A DNA stretch of 58,519 nt. It comes from Caecitellus pseudoparvulus (taxonomy: Eukaryota; Protista; Bigyra: Bicosoecida). Positions within the stretch are counted from its first letter, which is position 1. Every line of letters starts with the position of its first letter. Positions 53,734 through 58,519 of this stretch are shown here, piece after piece. A model generated the notes under the pieces. It was not told the DNA's origin. It was given only the letters and a program-made list of their open reading frames with translations, and did not search any database. The translations under genes were made by a program, and so were the position numbers. The stretch spans positions 1-58,519 of the forward strand of contig CBFFRQ010000208.1 in the NCBI GenBank assembly GCA_965644315.1. The letters run 5' to 3'.

Positions 53734-55437
53734 TTAAAAAATTCCTAAATTATCATTTTCTTTAGTTATTAATTTTCCGTTCTTACTTGCTTTTGTTGCT
53801 TTCTTTTTGTATTCTTTAATTTCCTTTTCTGTTTTCTCTTTCTTTGCTTTTGCTTTGGCTTCCTTTTCTTTCTTGAATATTTTCTTGTTTTCAGATAATT
53901 TAACTTTTTTTGGTTTTGATTTTTTTGATTCTACTGTTATTGGTTTTGGTTTCTTCCCTTCTAAAATTGACATAAACTCTTTGAACTTTTCAGGATGTTT
54001 TGCATACAAAACTTTAATATAATCCATGTCATCAACTGATACCTCTTCTTCTGGTGCTTCATCATCTTCTATTTCTGGGTCATACCATCTTTTACTTATA
54101 AATATTTTGCGTAATGTTTCAACAGGTACAATAAATTTTCTCTTTGTTGAACCATTTACAGATACAGTAGTTTTAATAATACCTATCTTTTTTAAATCTT
54201 TATGTAATCTATGAAGGGTCATTTTAAATTTTGCGTTCGTATTGTATTCATCCAATAATTGCTTGCATTCTATATCCATATCAGCATTATTAAATATAAA
54301 TTCATCTTTGATATACTTGTATAAAGGAGGAAGAGCAGATATAATTTTTTCATCCCTTGTTCTTGAATTTGGCATAATATCAAAATTAAAATCTTTGTTT
54401 TCTTCATAAAGCTTTCTCATATGATTAAAATATGCAGGTATTACCCCCTTACAATTCATAGCCTTAATGACACTTTGGAAATACTTAAAATCACCTTTAC
54501 GATGGTCTGATACATCGGGGCATATATACCGCTCTTTGTTTGATTGACTCAAATTAATTGATCCTTCAATATTTGTCGTTATAATTATGTTAAATGTATT
54601 TGTTTGAGTGTATCCTACACTGTACATATCACGGCAATCAAATTTATCTTCAGTTATTAATCCTTTCAGTTTATCTTGTATAAGTAAATTTCCTCTTAGT
54701 TCTGGTAGCTCATCAATATTTACTAATACAACCCCTTCTAATGGTTTTGTGTACTTTGTTATAGTTTCGGTTGAGGATGTTTTAAGCATTCTTTCGCCAA
54801 GCACACGATCTAAGAAGTTTAAGTATATTCCTTTTCCTGTTCTCTCTTCTGATAACATAAAGATTGCTTTTCGCACCTTTACACCAGCAATTGAAAAAGC
54901 AAAAAATAAACGTAAATATTCAAACATAGCAATATTTCCCCCACATAGTACTTCCTTAATATGATTATCAATAACTCCAATTTCTTTTAAAAAATCTTTA
55001 TCTTTTATGTCTTTACATTCACTTAAATCAAAAGGTAAAGGTTTAACCATATTTAAATATTTTTGAGTTAAGGCTTTACCCTTAATATTTCTTGTAATGG
55101 ATACAATATCATCATCTGTATCTGGAAATATACCATATTGTACATTATTGGAACAATCACAAAATTCAGAACTTACCATATAATCAAACAAATTAAATTT
55201 TGTTTGTCTATTTGATTTTAAATTGTTCTCTTCAATATAATCTTGATTAGTTAAATCTTTTGGGATATATTGTCTTAAGTCTTTTTGCTTGAAGTTATCA
55301 TATTTCCCAGTTTGCACATTCTTAAAAAAATAACTATCTGTAGTCTTAAAAAAGTATTTTTGCACATACTGTTTGACATCTTCTATTTTGTTTTCATTAA
55401 GTAAATTCTTAATTGTCATTACACTAAATACGACCAT
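53734..55437 (-). CDS. Superfamily-3 (D5/NrS-1-like) helicase
   Basis: Walker A variant FMLSEERTGKG, Walker B LVNIDE, KLKGLIT and motif C FNIIITTN; lysine-rich tail. Confidence 0.88.
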   Translation of the reverse strand: MVVFSVMTIKNLLNENKIEDVKQYVQKYFFKTTDSYFFKNVQTGKYDNFKQKDLRQYIPKDLTNQDYIEENNLKSNRQTKFNLFDYMVSSEFCDCSNNVQYGIFPDTDDDIVSITRNIKGKALTQKYLNMVKPLPFDLSECKDIKDKDFLKEIGVIDNHIKEVLCGGNIAMFEYLRLFFAFSIAGVKVRKAIFMLSEERTGKGIYLNFLDRVLGERMLKTSSTETITKYTKPLEGVVLVNIDELPELRGNLLIQDKLKGLITEDKFDCRDMYSVGYTQTNTFNIIITTNIEGSINLSQSNKERYICPDVSDHRKGDFKYFQSVIKAMNCKGVIPAYFNHMRKLYEENKDFNFDIMPNSRTRDEKIISALPPLYKYIKDEFIFNNADMDIECKQLLDEYNTNAKFKMTLHRLHKDLKKIGIIKTTVSVNGSTKRKFIVPVETLRKIFISKRWYDPEIEDDEAPEEEVSVDDMDYIKVLYAKHPEKFKEFMSILEGKKPKPITVESKKSKPKKVKLSENKKIFKKEKEAKAKAKKEKTEKEIKEYKKKATKASKNGKLITKENDNLGIF

Positions 55438-55453
55438 TTGCTATTATAATTAC

Positions 55454-55480
55454 AATACGAAATTTATCTTTAAGTAATTT
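55454..55480 (-). promoter_or_regulatory. Shared upstream motif, copy before helicase
   Basis: Minus strand AAATTACTTAAAGATAAATTTCGTATT...TATAATAGCAA-ATG. Confidence 0.6.
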
Positions 55481-55569
55481 TTTTATTTTTTAAATTCTCC
55501 TCATAATTATTATGAAGATAATTCTATAAAACTCAAAGGGGGAAAACACTAAACCCCTATACTATACTC

Positions 55570-55959
55570 TTATACTTTATTTTTTAGTATTGCGTTCATG
55601 TATCTACTACGTGAATTTTTAGTTCCACTTTTCATATGTCTACTAATATACTCATGTATAATGAACCATAACCAATTAAATTGATCATCAGTTAAGCAAT
55701 TATATCCATAAAAATGCTTTTTCTTTTCTAACTTAAACGCTACAAATGAAAAATTGTCTTTACTCACACGATGTTCACCATATGTTGTATTAAATTCATT
55801 CCTTTCATCATATAAATTAATATTTTCACTTTGTTGAAAATAATCATTTAGTAAATCTGAAGATAAAACTTTTCTTAAATTGTAATAAAGGTCTATATTT
55901 AACTTAATATGATTTAAATATTCTTCATTACTTTCTTTTTTATGAGTAAAATATAACAT
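55570..55959 (-). CDS. Viral hypothetical protein (129 aa)
   Basis: Clean ORF adjacent to the right TIR; no recognised motif. Confidence 0.6.
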   Translation of the reverse strand: MLYFTHKKESNEEYLNHIKLNIDLYYNLRKVLSSDLLNDYFQQSENINLYDERNEFNTTYGEHRVSKDNFSFVAFKLEKKKHFYGYNCLTDDQFNWLWFIIHEYISRHMKSGTKNSRSRYMNAILKNKV

Positions 55960-56145
55960 TATGTGTATATAAAAATCTTCATTTTTTAGGTCTTCTACAT
56001 CTTAAATTTCAATAATAAAATTCCTTACAAAAGATTTACTACTACTAAATGTTAGTTCCTTTTTATAGTATGATTTTCTATTTTTCATAGAAATTTTCGG
56101 TTTCATACTCATATATATTACTAATACATAATTCACTTTTATGTT

Positions 56146-56564
56146 ATTTATTTTTTAATATTGCGTTTAAATTGTTCTTGAAGGGGACACACACCGCAAT
56201 TAAGAGAGATATTTACTTACTCATTCACTAAAAGTATAACACATGCGATTAAGAGAGACTTTTCCTATATCTTATATTTTCTTTCTCAAAGTCTATTTTA
56301 AGAAAATTATAATAATATTTAAAAATCCATAAAAAAAAGAGAAATTAAGGAAATAGGAAATAATGTTTTAACTTATTACTTTTTTATATTTCCTATAATT
56401 TACTATTTCTTGTTTTTAAATATACCTTAAATAATATATATTTTATTGACTATTAAATTACTATAAAATGAACCATTAAATATAGTGGCTTTAGCCACGC
56501 ATTACGTATGTATCTACCGGGGGGTGGTGTTTTACACTAAACACCCACCCATCCCTTTTTTTTG
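56146..56564 (-). repeat. Right terminal inverted repeat (419 bp)
   Basis: Exact reverse complement of 38867-39285. Confidence 0.98.
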
Positions 56565-57742
56565 CTGGGGCAGATGTGGGGCGAGGCGCGGGAGCGCGTG
56601 TGCAGGGCGTGCCTCGGTGCATGCTGTGCGATGTGGTGTTGGGGTCGTGGGGCGCTGTGGAGAAGCACAGGCGTGAGTGTCATGGGGGGGCAGGTGCTGG
56701 TGGTCGTGTGGTGTGCATTGTGTGTGGGAAGAGCTTCTGCAAGGCTTCGTATCTGAGGAAGCATGTCCGCGCCGTGCACGAGGGCGCCAAAGACCACCAC
56801 TGCCCACACTGTGACAAGACATTCACCGTGGCTGGCAGCCTCAAGACACACATCCGCAACGTCCATGAAGGTGTCAGAGATCACCACTGTCCGCACTGTG
56901 ACAAGGCGTTTGGCAAGGCTGGCGACCTCAAGAGACACATCCGCAATGTCCACGAGGGTGCGCGAGACCACCACTGCCCACACTGTGACAAGACGTTCGG
57001 CGAGGCTGGTCATCTCAAGGCACACATCCGCAACGTGCACGAAGGCACCAGAGACCACCACTGCCCACACTGTGACAAGGCGTTCAGCGGGGCTGGCAAC
57101 CTCAAGAAGCACATCCGCACTGTCCATGAAGGCGTGAAAGACCACCACTGCCCGCACTGTGACAAGGCGTTTGGCGAGGCTGGTAGCCTCAAGACACACA
57201 TCCGCACCGTGCACGAAGGCACCAGAGACCACCACTGCCCACACTGTGACAAGGCATTCGGCACGGCTTGCAGCCTCAAAACCCACATCCACACCGTGCA
57301 CGAAGGCACCAGAGACCACCACTGCCCACACTGTGACAAGGCGTTTGGCGAGGCTGGCCACCTCAAGAGGCACATCCGCACTGTGCATGAGGGTGCCAGA
57401 GACCACCACTGCCCACACTGTGAAAAGGCGTTCGGCGAGGCTGGCAACCTCAAGACCCACATCCGCACCGTTCATGAGGGTGCCCGAGACCACCACTGTC
57501 CACACTGTGACAAGGCGTTTACACAGGCTGGTAGTCTCAAGACACACATCCGCACCGTGCACGAAGGCACCAGAGACCACCACTGCCCACACTGTGAAAA
57601 GGCGTTCGGCGAGGCTGGCAACCTCAAGACCCACATCCGCACCGTTCATGAGGGTGCCCGAGACCACCACTGTCCACACTGTGACAAGGAGTTTGGCGAG
57701 GCTGGTAGCCTCAAGAGACACATCCGCTCCATACACGCATGA
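56565..57742 (+). CDS. Tandem C2H2 zinc-finger protein (12 canonical fingers plus 1 degenerate), probably 5'-interrupted by the PLV
   Basis: 29-aa (87-bp) repeats HHCPHCDKAFGEAGxLKxHIRTVHEGxRD. The frame is open back to the TIR edge, with no ATG before the first finger. Confidence 0.85.
56795..57735 (+). repeat. 87-bp coding tandem repeat (zinc-finger units), 11 copies
   Basis: CACCACTGCCCACACTGTGACAAG... recurs every 87 bp. Confidence 0.9.
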
Positions 57743-57768
57743 CCACTATGCCCACAATGCACTACACC

Positions 57769-58245
57769 TCACCCCTCTCCACCTCCGCCCCTCACACACC
57801 CACCAGGACGAGACACACACACATACCCACCATCCACCTCACACCACAGCGGACACCCCTCCCCGCACCTCCACACATCCCCATGCCCGCCCTGACCACC
57901 CAACACACCCGCGCTCGCCGCACGCACACCATGCAGCGCCGCAGAGCCTGCAGCCGTCACCACCACGGACGTGATTGCGCCAGCCGCCGCACTGGCCACT
58001 GTGCCGGTGGTGCTGGCGGCTGTCGCGGCCAGGGCACACCCAGCACCACACACACCTGCCACGGCTGCCGCGGCCACGTCACCGCCCACGGCCCGTGTGC
58101 CCTCCGTCATGGCGGTGGATGCCAGGCTGAGGCCCGCGCCAGCAACAGTGCCGGCAGCTTGGCTCGCCAGGTGCACTCCCGTGGCCACGGCTGCACCGGC
58201 GGCGAGGCCAGCGAGAGCGGGGCCCTGGTGTGGGGTCCCGGCCAT
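57769..58245 (-). CDS. Small Ala/Gly-rich hydrophobic protein (uncertain)
   Basis: ATG-initiated 158-aa ORF with glycine-zipper-like hydrophobic stretches; could be spurious in GC-rich DNA. Confidence 0.3.
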   Translation of the reverse strand: MAGTPHQGPALAGLAAGAAVATGVHLASQAAGTVAGAGLSLASTAMTEGTRAVGGDVAAAAVAGVCGAGCALAATAASTTGTVASAAAGAITSVVVTAAGSAALHGVRAASAGVLGGQGGHGDVWRCGEGCPLWCEVDGGYVCVSRPGGCVRGGGGEG

Positions 58246-58519
58246 GTCAAGATGTGTATGTGTGTGGCGTGTGGCGTGTGCTCAGTGTGCTGTGGAGGTG
58301 TGCGGGTGGGCTGTGGATGGGTGTGAGGAAACGCCGTGGAAACGCGGCCGGCGTTGCGGGTGCTGCTGGGAGGACGGGTCCGTGGTCAGGGCAGTCCACT
58401 GTGCGCCGCGATGCAGCCGGGTACAGACCATGCACGGCAGCATGCTCGTGGGAGGCTTGCGTGTAGGTGGCCGTGTGTGATGTGGGGGCGTGGAGGCAAT
58501 GGTGGCTTGGGGCTGGGCG

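Larger units (their letters stand above)
38867..56564. mobile_element. Complete endogenous Polinton-like virus (virophage-like element), 17,698 bp
   Basis: Abrupt switch from GC-rich to very AT-rich DNA; identical 419-bp TIRs; intronless, densely packed genes for packaging ATPase, MCP, penton, rve integrase, PolB and SF3 helicase. Confidence 0.96.

Noticed and set aside
38867-56564. Bacterial prophage, contaminant or organellar insertion
   Set aside because: Gene set (A32 ATPase, jelly-roll capsids, chromodomain rve integrase), TIRs and lack of Shine-Dalgarno patterns fit a eukaryotic PLV.
38867-56564. Canonical mavirus or canonical Maverick/Polinton
   Set aside because: MCP too short for a mavirus-type virophage, no cysteine protease, PolB far shorter than in either group, and termini unlike Polinton ends.
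56537-57974. Antisense and shifted ORFs over the zinc-finger array
   Set aside because: Shadows of the 87-bp repeat.

Overview
GC-rich, gene-dense eukaryotic (protist-like) chromosome segment with short GT-AG introns. It carries a complete, strongly AT-rich 17.7-kb endogenous Polinton-like virus (PLV) at 38867-56564, bounded by 100% identical 419-bp terminal inverted repeats. The element encodes a class-3 lipase, A32-type packaging ATPase, double-jelly-roll major capsid protein, penton, a repeat-built fibre, a Tlr6F-like protein, an atypical P-loop protein, an rve integrase with chromodomain, an unusually short divergent PolB, an SF3 helicase and several ORFans. No maturation protease is recognisable. 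Cis-signals are visible: a shared upstream motif on four leftward genes, a TCTA/TATA-type motif on structural genes, and AT-rich hairpins at 3' ends. The element appears to have inserted into the 5' end of a host tandem C2H2 zinc-finger gene. Host genes to the left: fucosyltransferase-like protein, organellar ribosomal protein L35, CDPK, SYS1, an LRR/CBM-like/EF-hand protein, SVOP-like MFS transporter, TMEM94-like protein, a NEK6/7 kinase fused to an IFT57-like domain, a dynactin p24-like protein, a type-I membrane protein with a 48-bp tandem repeat, an ankyrin-repeat kinase and a multi-pass membrane protein. All family assignments come from motif recognition by eye, not from database searches.
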